NCBI GenBank assembly: GCA_037447605.1
Contig: CM074817.1
Span: 186,001 to 250,000, forward strand
DNA: 64,000 nt
Direction: 5' to 3'
Source of the DNA: Zygnema circumcarinatum SAG 698-1b
Lineage: Eukaryota; Plantae; Zygnematophyceae
Within the stretch, counting starts at the first letter, position 1. Every line of letters begins with the position of its first letter. The notes under the pieces are model-generated. The model was not told the origin of the DNA, ran no database searches, and saw nothing but the letters and a program-made list of their open reading frames with translations. Below, in pieces: positions 12,529-23,312 of the stretch. The position numbers were made by a program, and so were the translations under genes.

Positions 12529-13024
12529 GATACGAAACGATATATACAACAAACGATATAGAATATTTCGTATCGTATTTTTATTTGGTGGCGCCTTTGG
12601 TTTGGTTTTGGTTTGGTTTGCCTAGTCCAATGCCTGAATGATTACTAAAGCCTATCCAAGAGGCTTGCATCAGATGAAAAGATGGTATATTGAACTCACG
12701 ATGGCAAAGCCATCAATCAAGCATCAGAGCAGACTCCAGTTGAACTGTACAAAGGAGGTGCGGCAGACGCACTCTAAAACCCTAAGATGGGTTTTTTAAA
12801 GTTTGTCAGTTTTAATTCCCGCCATTTTCGACTGCTGTCCGCGGACTCTCACTTTTTTCGCCTCTCGTTTCGTCACGTCACGGTCCCAAACATGGCAAGT
12901 CGTATGTTGCCGCGACTAATCATGTCGCTCCACGTGTTGCGCCCTTATAACTTGTAGACGCGCGCGCGCTTCGTACAATCAAATCACCATCCGTACACCC
13001 AACGAGAAAAGGTCTGTATCTATT

Positions 13025-13159
13025 AGGGCGTGTCAGACTTAACGAAATCTTACGAACAAAAAAGTTTTGTAAGTACTCCGCCGCACCAGGATTGCGATGT
13101 CATCGAAGTACTCGTTCTGGTCTCAAACTTACGAACAATTTTTAAGTCTGACACCCTCT
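13025..13159. mobile_element. MITE, 135 bp
   Basis: TIRs AGGGCGTGTCAGACTTAA and TTAAGTCTGACACCCTCT, with ATT on both sides. Confidence 0.8.
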
Positions 13160-13162
13160 ATT

Positions 13163-14070
13163 AGGGGGTGTCAGACTTAACAAAATGTTACGAATATCGA
13201 GTCTTTAGTATTACGAGAATCGAGGTTACTAAGTACTAAAAATCATCGCGCCCCCGAACCTAAACCGAACCGAACGGAAGTCAACTGTACTAAGTTAACG
13301 GGTCAACGTTGCGAAGATTGACCCATGGGGTTTACTAAAAAAGGCACTTCTTCGCACGATTTTGTTCGCACCCAAAAGAGGCGCCGAAATGGACGTGCGA
13401 AGAAAATACTGGCGAAAATCGCGTCTTTTCCCGCCCGCGCCTGCGCCCGCCCGTGAGTCCGTGACGCGCAACACGACACAACGACAAGCGGTCTCCGCGC
13501 GCCGCGCCGGCGCTGTTTCTAAGTCTGAGGGCCCCGCGCGAGGGCGAAGTTGCGAAGACGGCGTTTGGAGAAGTGCAAAGACGGCGATCGCGGAGTGCGA
13601 ACAGGACCGCGNNNNNNNNNNCGCGGTCCTGTTCGCACTCCGCGATCGCCGTCTTTGCACTTCTCCAAACGCCGTCTTCGCAACTTCGCCCTCGCGCGGG
13701 GCCCTCAGACTTAGAAACAGCGCCGGCGCGGCGCGCGGAGACCGCTTGTCGTTGTGTCGTGTTGCGCGTCACGGACTCACGGGCGGGCGCAGGCGCGGGC
13801 GGGAAAAGACGCGATTTTCGCCAGTATTTTCTTCGCACGTCCATTTCGGCGCCTCTTTTGGGTGCGAACAAAATCGTGCGAAGAAGTGCCTTTTTTAGTA
13901 AACCCCATGGGTCAATCTTCGCAACGTTGACCCGTTAACTTAGTACAGTTGACTTCCGTTCGGTTCGGTTTAGGTTCGGGGGCGCGATGATTTTTAGTAC
14001 TTAGTAACCTCGATTCTCGTAATACTAAAAACTCGATATTCGTAACATTTTGTTAAGTCTGACACCCCCT
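13163..14070. mobile_element. Long-TIR DNA element of the same family; arms of at least 449 bp around an unresolved gap
   Basis: Termini AGGGGGTGTCAGACTTAA and TTAAGTCTGACACCCCCT. The arms are mirror images about the N-run at 13612-13621 (one mismatch seen, 13203/14030). Symmetry stops at the termini. Flanks are ATT and ACT. Confidence 0.7.
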
Positions 14071-15138
14071 ACTGTAAATAGTACTTTCCTTGCACAATTC
14101 GTGAGAATTGTGGTCACGAAGTCATTCCAAGCGTTATGACGTCATTCCATGTGTTAAGAGGTCAGCGGCGCCGTTGACATCGCGATCGGACGCTGTGCTG
14201 GGCATGTATGACATCAAAAAGTGGCAATTTCCACGTCATGCTTACATATGAAGTCGGCATGATGTTGCCCTGTCCTTGATCGGACGGTTTGGTGATCACA
14301 TGGAATACGGTAACAACCATGGATGGATGTACTCGTGGCGCTCGTTTGGGAAGTGGGCGAATGGTAAGATGAGGGCTGCGACGCGCTGACATGGATGGGT
14401 TTTGGAGTTGTGAAGGGATGGTGTGTAAGGAGAGGTGATTGCGTTGCTTCCGTGGAGCCAATCAGTGGCTTCATTGATCAGAGAAATGTTCGGCTGAAGG
14501 AAAAACATGAATGTTCATGGGTCTTCACTGATGAGGGCACTCTTTGCCTTCAGGTCCTTCTCCGTAAAATCTATGTGGGTCTTCCCCTCGTCTTCTGTAG
14601 GTGTTATCCTTGACATTGCTGCTTTTGCCTTGCCTGGCTGCGTGTGATCATGTGAATACTGAAGGGATTACAGAATCATTTCATTTTCGTTTCCCTTCGC
14701 GCGATGTGCCGCACATCGGCGACCTTCGCGGCTGCTTCTAGGGAGGGCTGCGATGTTGATTCGAACATTCTAAACATACATCGATATTTTTTCAGAGATG
14801 GGATGAAAAAAATCTGAATTACTGGTCTGTTTATGTCGAAGCTATAGTCGAGCGTAGCAGCCACTAGAACACCAAAAGTCATATCCGGGTCCCTTAGGCT
14901 GCGCTTTCCTCAAGATCTAACCAAGACTACTATAGCCTCCCTCGCAAAAGCTAGTCCAATCATACAATTGCTCCACCGGGTGATGGCAAAACAAATCTCA
15001 GGTCTTAGTATCGATACTACCTCCACTCAAAGTGAACAAATCTTTTGAGTCGAATCAACAAGGGCAACTGATCATAGAAAAGCAAAGCGGAGGAAACAAG
15101 AGAAGCAAAGCCACTCGCAATCTGAGATCTCCCTTGAC

Positions 15139-15161
15139 GGGAGTCAGACCTTGACCATCGC
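15139..15161 (+). repeat. Orphan TIR of the same MITE family
   Basis: GGGAGTCAGACCTTGACCATCGC is identical to the TIR core at 40580-40602. No partner TIR was found nearby. Confidence 0.6.
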
Positions 15162-15579
15162 CGGCGGAATTGAAAGATTTCGCCGGCGAAAAGGTATTGA
15201 TTTCGATTGCAGAAGTCGAGTCGGAAACCGCGGCTCCCCCCGAACCTGTCTGTCACGTCCGTACGGCGGAATAGGTTACAAAAATGCCCCCAAATTTCAG
15301 AATTCCGCTCGCCGAAACGCAAGGCCTCCAGAGGCCCTGCGTTTCAAAATTCCAGCTTTCCGCCGATGAGGAAATCGTGCCCCGCCTTGTCGCCATGCGC
15401 GTCACGCACGCGCGAGCGCCTCTCTGCTGCCGTCCGGACGCCGCGACCCGCCGCCACGCAGAGCAGCGTTTCAGTGCTGGCACAGGTTTAGGGTTTCGCT
15501 TCCCCCGGAACCAGCGCCCTCTTTCCGGCAACTGTGAGCACCACGGGAGAGCGGTGAGCGAAGACGCCAAGGCGAAGAG

Positions 15580-16500
15580 GTACTCCCTCTCTATTCCCCT
15601 CTGTTGCTGTCTCCCTCGTCTCTCCCTCTCTGTTCCCCCTTTCTCACTCTCTTGCTATCTCCCTCTATCACTCTCGCCCTGTTATCTCTCCCACATTCTC
15701 CCCGCCTGTGCCACTCTGCCCCTGCCTCCCTCGGCCTGGCCCATGCCTCCCTTGTCTCCCTTGTTGCTCTTTCTGTTGCTGCTCCTGCTGCTGCTGCTGC
15801 TTTTCTCTCTTCTTCGTTATTTGCTGCTGCTGCTTTTTCTGCTGCTGCCCCTGCTGCTGCACGAGCTGCTTTTAGTGCTCCTTCTTTCTCTGCTTTTGCT
15901 GCTGCTGCTGTTGTTTCTTTTTCAGCTGGTTTTGCTATTGTTGTGCTGTTGCTGCTGCTGCTGTTGTTGCCCCTGCCGTCTTTTGTGCTACTGCTTCTTT
16001 TTCTGCTACTGCTCTTTTTACTGCTTCTCTTTCTGTTGCATTTTTCGCTGTTTCTTTTCGTGTTGCTGTTGCTATTGTTGTTCTGCTGTTGCTGCTGTTG
16101 CTGATTTTTTTACTGCTTCTTTTTCTGTTTCTTTTGTTGTTGCTTCATTCTCTGCTGCTGCTGTTATTGTTGTTCTGAAGCTGCTAGTGCTGCTGGTGCT
16201 TTTTTTACTGCTTTTTTTTCTGATGTTTTTTTTGCTGCTTCTTTTTCTGCTGTTGTGTTGTTGTGTTGTTGTTGCTCTGTTGCTGTTGCTGCTGCTTCTT
16301 TTTTTGCTGCTGCTGCTATTGCTGTGCTGCTGGTGTTGCTGCTGCTCGTTTTCTTCTGCTGCTTTTCCTGTGCTGCTGGTGTTGCTGCTGCTCGTTTTCT
16401 TCTGCTGCTTTTCCTGCTACTGTTGCAGCATTCTTCTTCCGCATTCCGCATTGCCCTGTCCTTGTGCTTCCCGTTCCTTATGCTTTTGTTGTGTGTATGA
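15580..16500. repeat. Degenerate CT- then (CTG/TTG)n low-complexity tract
   Basis: Imperfect trinucleotide repeats. The ORFs here are poly-Leu/Cys/Ala with no recognisable domain. Confidence 0.8.
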
Positions 16501-16530
16501 TTGCATATAATTCCTCCCCCTCCCCATTAA

Positions 16531-16601
16531 GTCGAAGTGGCGGATTGGTTACGCAACTATTGCAAAACAGTAATAAAGGGGTTCAAATCCCCTCTTCGAC
16601 C
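16531..16601 (+). tRNA. tRNA-Cys(GCA)-like sequence, probably a pseudogene
   Basis: Acceptor stem GTCGAAG/CTTCGAC, D arm GCGG-ATTGGTT-ACGC, T arm AGGGG-TTCAAAT-CCCCT. The anticodon loop TGCAAA has only 6 nt and its stem has one mismatch. Confidence 0.55.
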
Positions 16602-16991
16602 TGCATTGTTTATTCATTCTTCCATTTTTATTCATTTATAGTTTTTGTGTTTGTGCTTCATGTCTTATATTTGTTGTTATTTTTCCTAATATTTTTTTTG
16701 CTTTTTGCCTGCTCCTTCAAAACTTTGAATACGTTTTACATCATATTTTGTTTTGAGCATATATAGGTAGTTTGCTAACAAAATTATGCTGGCACACTCA
16801 AGAAAACCTTGTCTTCTTTGGTTTTTGGAAACCTTGGTGGTATTAGCAACCATATCAAGTGCGGCAATGGGCTGTATTTGATGCCATCAGCACACAATTA
16901 TAGAATCCCTTGTAACTGCGTGTGCTCAAAATCCAAAACGTCCGGACTTAGGAGAAACAAGCTGATAAAGGTGCAATTGATNNNNNNNNNN

Positions 16992-19900
16992 TAGTTTTAT
17001 TATGGGAAGCAACCCACCTACACTACTCTGTCATAGTCTCAGGTCTTACTCAGAACCTGCTCGTGCTGCTAGGCTGCCTACACTTGTGTCGTGGGGTAGT
17101 GAGTAAGAGGGATCTTGAAGTGGTGGGAGAACTTCATTGTGGGAAGACAGTTTTATTATAAGGAGTTTTAGAGCCGTGAGCTTTCTCCTAACACTCTCTC
17201 ATTGTGATTTCCGCTGTGCTTGTCTTGTAGCTTCATTCCTGTTGTTATGGGCTTATGAGTGAAGTAAGATAGAGCTTTGAGTGTTTGAATGTCTTCAACT
17301 GCGGGAACTCGTTGTTCCACGGGAGGGCTTACACCTCGCAGGTGGCGCCTCGAAGTGGGGAGCAGTCCATTGCTTCAACAAGTGGTATCAGAGCCCAAGG
17401 TGGCGAGGAGGACCACGTGAAGTTCAGCATCCCAGCGTTCGATGGTTCGGACTACAAGGGGTGGAGATGGCGGCTGGTTCCTTTGCTTGTGGGCAAGGGG
17501 CTGTTGGGGTACGTTGACGGCACCATCAAGGCACCGGTGCAGCCGGAGGGAGCCACGGCGGAGCAGCAGTCGGAGTTCGACACAGCGCTCGCCAGATGGA
17601 GGACCAAGGACAACAAGGCCCTCACCCAGATCGTCATGAGCGTGAGGGGAAGTCCCTCTTCCATGCTGTATGACCTTAAGACTTCACATGCTATGTGGAG
17701 ATGCTTAGAGGAGATGTATGACGTAATGGATAACGTACCAATAGTCAGCCTGTACACGCAGCTGGGGAAAATGAAGATGTCCCTGAAGAAGCCGGAAGCT
17801 GAATATATGGTCAGATTTGATACTCTTAATGGAGAGATTCATAGCGCCGCGAAAAAACCGCTAGGAGGGGAGTAAGACCATAAAATCAGCCGCTTCTAGG
17901 GGACTGCCTACCGATTCGATGTAGCAGTTGCAGCTCTTAGGACTGTTCTAACAAACACCGTGATGACCCTTGAGCAAGTGAAACGGAGGATCAAGGAGGA
18001 GAACACTGTCCAAGACGCTGAGGCACCGCAGGAGAAGGTGTTGGCGCCGCACTCACGCATAGTTCAAGAGGAGGTGCCGAGAGCGACCGCGGGGAACGCC
18101 CCGCGGAGCGTTACACGCGCGGTAAGACCGCCACCTCGCCGACCGTTATAAGAACAAGAACACCCAAGATCGCGGAGGAGCATCGCCATCCAAATTCACC
18201 CAACGCACGTCACGCGCCGCCGCGCCGTCATCGAAGATTATCATCACCCACGACGGCGCGCAGCAGCGGGATTCAAGGGAATTCGCTAAATGTGAAGAAG
18301 CGAGGCCACAAGAGCACGGATTGCAGAGTGGCGGTGGAGACGAATCTCATGCTGACTGAACATTCTGATTTTGTTGGGAAGATCCAGGTTGCGGATCTGA
18401 AGCGGCCATGGCTGATCGACTCTGGCGCTTCCACGCACATGTGTGGCGACAAGCGAATGTTCTCTACGCTGGACACCTTGGAGAGGACCAGATCTGTTCA
18501 CTCGGCAACCGGAGAGGGAGTGACAGTTACCAAAGGAGGAGTAGTAAAGATGATCCTCGGAGACGGCTCTGTCATCTACGAAGAAGAAAGAGAAGAGCGG
18601 TTGTGCATCGGTGACGTACTTCACACCCCTGACCTGAAACAGAACTTCATGTCTGTTAGTCAAGTATGTAAGAGGGGGTACGAAGTCACCTTCAAGGAGA
18701 AGTCTTGCGTAGCTACTCACTTGGAGTCGGGGAAGCGGCTGTTTGAAGGGTACGAGAAGGGAGGCCTATATTACCTTCATTATAGGAGAGAAGAAGATGA
18801 GGGTGTGATGGCCGTAACTGAGGGTGCAGTAAATCTCTGGCATCAGTAGACNTGGTCATCTAAACCATAGGGACCGCGAACAGCTTGCTGCAAGGCTGGT
18901 CCGCTGGTTAGACATTGACATGTAATGGAGAAGGAGCTAGGCTTTTGCAAAGAGTGTGTAGAGGGGAAGGCGCATCGGAGACCCTTTTCGAGGAGTGGAG
19001 AGGAGTCATTTCACGCGCAGGAGAAACTGGAATTGGTACATACCGATTTGTGTGGCCCCGTGACACCGGCAACGAGTGGAGGAGCTCGCTACTTCATCAC
19101 CTTCCTTGATGATTTTTCGAGGAAAATTTGGGTGAAAATTCTCAAGTACAAGTCTGAAGCTTTCGGAGCTTTCAGAGATTGGCAGACTCAGATGGAGCGA
19201 GAGAGCGGTCAGAAACTGAAGACGCTGCGCTCAGACAACGGAGGGGAATTCAAGTCGAAGGAGTTCGGCGGGTACTTGAAGGCTCGCGGAATAAGGCATG
19301 AATTTTCTGCTCCTTACTCCCCTCAAAGTAATGGAGCTGCTGAGAGGGTCAATAGGACGCTGGGGACATGGCGCGATCCGCGCCGGGATAGATTCCCCTT
19401 CCCGCATCTTTTGGGGAGAGGGCGTAATGACCGAACTTACCTTAGAAATAGATGCCCATCTTCTCAGGCTTAAGGATCGTTCTTGAAGAGGTGGAGTGGA
19501 GGAAACCCGGTGTCCCACCCGGCTATCTTTGAGCCGCTAAGCTGGTCGACAGCGCCGCATACAGGCGTATAGAAGTTCGACCCCCTCGAAGCCGAAGGGT
19601 ACCTTCTCGGCTGCTACAACAACATGGACAAATAAGCATCTACCTGTGGAATCCTCGAGCAAACGAAGTGCAGAGCTCGAGAGACGTTACGGTGGACGAG
19701 AAGGGAGCGGTGACTCGGCTAGGTGAGACCCGCACCCCAAAGGCAGGTTTGGAAATGGTGTACGAGGATGTAGAGACCAGCTTAAGAGTGGGCATGGACG
19801 CGCCTCGTGTCCCAGCCCCAGGAGATCAAGACGCTGGTGAGCCGCTGGAGCCGAGCCGAAGCAACGCTAACGTGGAGGGGCGCTCGCGGGAGTTGAACTT

Positions 19901-22900
19901 CAGGAGCCGCAAGCTGGGAGCCTAACCTTCGGACGGAGACGGCACCACTCATAAGCACTCACCGGTTCGGACGAGGAGAACCTCGGCTCTAAACCGCATC
20001 TTTGCATGGGCGTGAGTCCGGAGGATTTGAGACGGCCGGAAAGCAGCTATGTTGTCGGTGTGTGCGTAAGCATGCCTCCCGTTTGTCCCGGATTTTCTTC
20101 AACACGAGCCGGAGAGCCGCTAGCGACCTCGGAGGAGCACCTCGCGGTGGTGTAGCTAAACTATACATGGGTTGTATGGTCGAAAGTACCTACATCCGCT
20201 GCTGCTTTAATGGTAAAGTACTTAGGTGAATAATGAGGTTCCGGGAAGTTCAACCCCGCCGAGGCAAAGTTCGTTACATTGGTATCGTAGCCTAAGGACC
20301 GTATTTGCAATCCACCCCTAAAACACCGCGCGATCTCTTGCGCTTGCACGATTGACTGAGGCTGTGCACAATCCGCGACCAGAGGGTCTCGAGGTCAGAG
20401 GTCCATGTGTTGAAGGAGCTTGAGCATTTCGTGAAAAACCTTGGCTAGCATTTCGAGGCCGAGCAGGTTTAGGTAAGGGGAAGGTATAGCGAAAGCTTAT
20501 TTATACATGGGTTGTATGGCAGTACCCCATCAGCGGTTGCCTTTTAATGGTAAAAACGCAGGTGAATAAAGGGAGGTCTGATTCGAACCTGGCTGGGCGA
20601 GGTTAAGTTACATGTGGTGAGGAGGCAGTCACTGGGGCCTTCCGCGGACTATCCCCAATGCGGGGAAGAGTGCCTACGGACTTCCGGACCTTGCGGGAAT
20701 TTTGCCCCTTTGTTTCATGATCACCCCGAACCCGCGAAGCCTTTGAGGAGGCGCCGCGGCGGGGTGGAGTGGAGAGAGGTGGCGGCGGCGATTGGCGGCC
20801 GAGGTGGGGCGGTTGCTGAAAGGAAGCGACGCACGTGGCGACTTAATTTGCGAGGAAGGAGGAGCCATTGGATGCAAGTGGGTGTTCAAGGTGAAGCCCA
20901 GCGGGGCGGGGGCGTCGGCAAAGTTCAGGCGTCACGGTAGCGAAAGGAAGCGGCCCGGTCACCCGGAATCGACTACCACGGAGACCTTTGCCGTGGTGAA
21001 GTTCCATCCCTCCAGGTGCCCTAATATGTCCGTTGCGGCGGAAGGCGAGGATGCAGGCGTAACTCGGTATCAAGACTTCACATTTACATCGCGGAGATCT
21101 CGGAGATCTACATGAATGCAGCCCAGAAGGAAAGTTGTCGAGGCGGGAGCATCTCGTTTTATGCAAATGCTACATGTACATGCAATTTGAAACAAAGCGC
21201 TGGGGTGAATGCGAAAATTGTGTCGCGAGGAGTAGCAGTTTAGCATGATTGAGGCGGATCATTCCGTCTACCGACAAGGGGAAGAGGCAGATCTCATGTA
21301 CGTTGGAATCTACGTGGACGACCTCATAATGGTGAGACTCTCATTGGAGAGAATCAATGATTTGAAACAGCTTTTGGAAGCTAACTTCAAAATGTCGGAT
21401 CTAGGGGAGGCGCAGTATCTCCTAGGAATGCAGTTGAAGAGGGGGCAGGACGGCAGCTTATTTCTTTGTCAGAAGAAGTACGCCGCAGATGTACTTGCCA
21501 GGTTCAAAATGGAGGAGTGTCAGTCTCGCCGAGTCCCATGGAGATCGAAACGCATTGTCGAAAGATAGTGATGCCTCGCGACAGATGAGGTACGGTAGAA
21601 TGCACGAGGCCGCATGACGGGCAATCGGAGTTTAATGTATCCGATGATGTACTCAGCCCCGACGGCGGTGCCCGAAATGCTAAGCCGGGTTCATGGAGAG
21701 TCCCGTCCTGAACATCGGGAGGCCGTGAAGCGGATCTTCAGATTCGTGAAAGGGACCTTGGATTATGGCCTCAGGTTTGAGAGGGGCCGACTAGAGTGAT
21801 CGGATACACCGACTCAGATTGGGGAGGTGACGTGGACACGTCACGATCGACGTCAGGATTTGTGTTCCCGGAGGAGGCGCGATCTCATGGAGCTCGGGCC
21901 ATAAGATCTCGCCAAGGCCGTCGGTTAATCGGAAGGAGAGACATGGGAGCTGCCACGCAAATAAGGAGGGGATGTGGTTCCAACATTTTGATGAATGGGG
22001 TTTCACCACAAAACACCATTGACTTTTTACTGACAACCAGTCATCTATATTCTTATGGAAAACCCTCGTTCCATAAAAGAACCAAGTACATTAGGGTGCA
22101 ATATCATTATGTACAGAGTTGGTAGAGGAAGTGATGATAAGCAGGAAGTTTGTAGGAACAAGAGCAGTCACAGTATGATATGTTGACTAAGGGGTCGTAC
22201 GGGAGACACTACTAGTGAACAAAGAAAGTTGATTGGGCTAGGCCCATGAGGAACTGAAATCCCAAGAGGGGGATCGTTGTTAATGTATGATAGTTGCATT
22301 ATCAGATGGCATTACTACTCAACTTGTCAGGTAATTTCGCTTTGTAGAACATGAGATCTCGCTAGGGCGTAGTGCTCTTAGATTTTAGTAATGTCGGTGT
22401 TCGACTTTGGTGAGTAAGCGCCATGAAAGTGCGCTGAGAGTACTAACGAAGCTGGGCGCCGGGATTGGTCGCGTACAAGGGTGACACAAGTAAGTGGGAG
22501 TACTAACGCCGCAACATTGATTATCGCAGGCGCTGGCCGCTGATTCGGCAATTTAACGCTACAAGCGTACTCATTGTCATGACGCTGGCGCTGAAACGCT
22601 GAGCTAAAGTTGCGCGCTGGAAAACGACATGGAAGATATTTGGCTACAACTGTACGCGCCACGCTGACCACTCATGGTGTGGGTCCGGGCGAAGTTCTGT
22701 TGTACGGCCGGTGATGTCGGCGTATGGCGACCGCTGGGCGAGCCGCGCAACGGGCGTAAACAAGCACGGACGGATGTAATGATCCGACAAAAACTAGGTT
22801 TCCGCCAGAGGTTTACGAAAACGAAGCACGCTATTTCGGCGCGCCTCTACTGCATCGGTGCATGTGGGTTTGTACGAAGTGACGGACGCGACATGTGTCA

Positions 22901-23312
22901 CGCCACGGACGCCATATTATATAGTGCTGAAGTTTTATTATGCGGGAAGCAACCCACCCACACTACTCGCCATAGTCTCGGCCTTACCAACTCCTCGCCA
23001 AGCCGCTAGGTCACGCTAATTTGTGTCGTGGGGTAGTGAGTAAGAGGGATCTTTGAAGTGGTGGGAGAACTTTATTGTGGGAAGACAGCTTATTATAAGG
23101 AGTTTTAGAGCCGTGAGCTTTCTCCTAACACTCCCCATTGTGATTTCCTACTGCGTTTGTCTTGTAGCTTCATTCTCGTTGTTATGTGGGCTTATGATGG
23201 CTAAGATAGAGCTTTGAGTGTTTGAATGTCTTCATCCGTGGGAACTCAAGTTCCAATGGAGGGCGACACCCGAGGTGGCGCCGGAAGTGGGGAGCAGACC
23301 CCTGCTTCAACA
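16992..23312 (+). mobile_element. Ty1/copia element, copy B (same family as A), near full length, with many apparent indels
   Basis: Partial 5' LTR 16992-17380. PBS 17383-17394. gag, protease (LIDSGASTHM), integrase, RT (YVDDL uninterrupted) and RNase H (YTDSDWGG). PPT at about 22264-22273. 3' LTR about 22274-23312, followed by TGGTC. Confidence 0.93.

Noticed and set aside
13335-13898. Identical 178-aa ORFs on both strands
   Set aside because: They result from the palindrome and read through an N gap. No transposase motif is present.
14160-14400. Possible CACTA transposase remnant (WMYSWRSFG)
   Set aside because: Resemblance to the WMYPFER motif is too weak, and no other motifs or termini are present.
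15284-16510. 408-aa Leu/Cys-rich ORF
   Set aside because: It is a product of stop-free CTG/TTG repeats with no domain signal.
19380-22500. Programmed frameshifting or rapid decay in copia B pol
   Set aside because: Dense scattered indels relative to copy A and to the other LTR copy look like unpolished long-read consensus.
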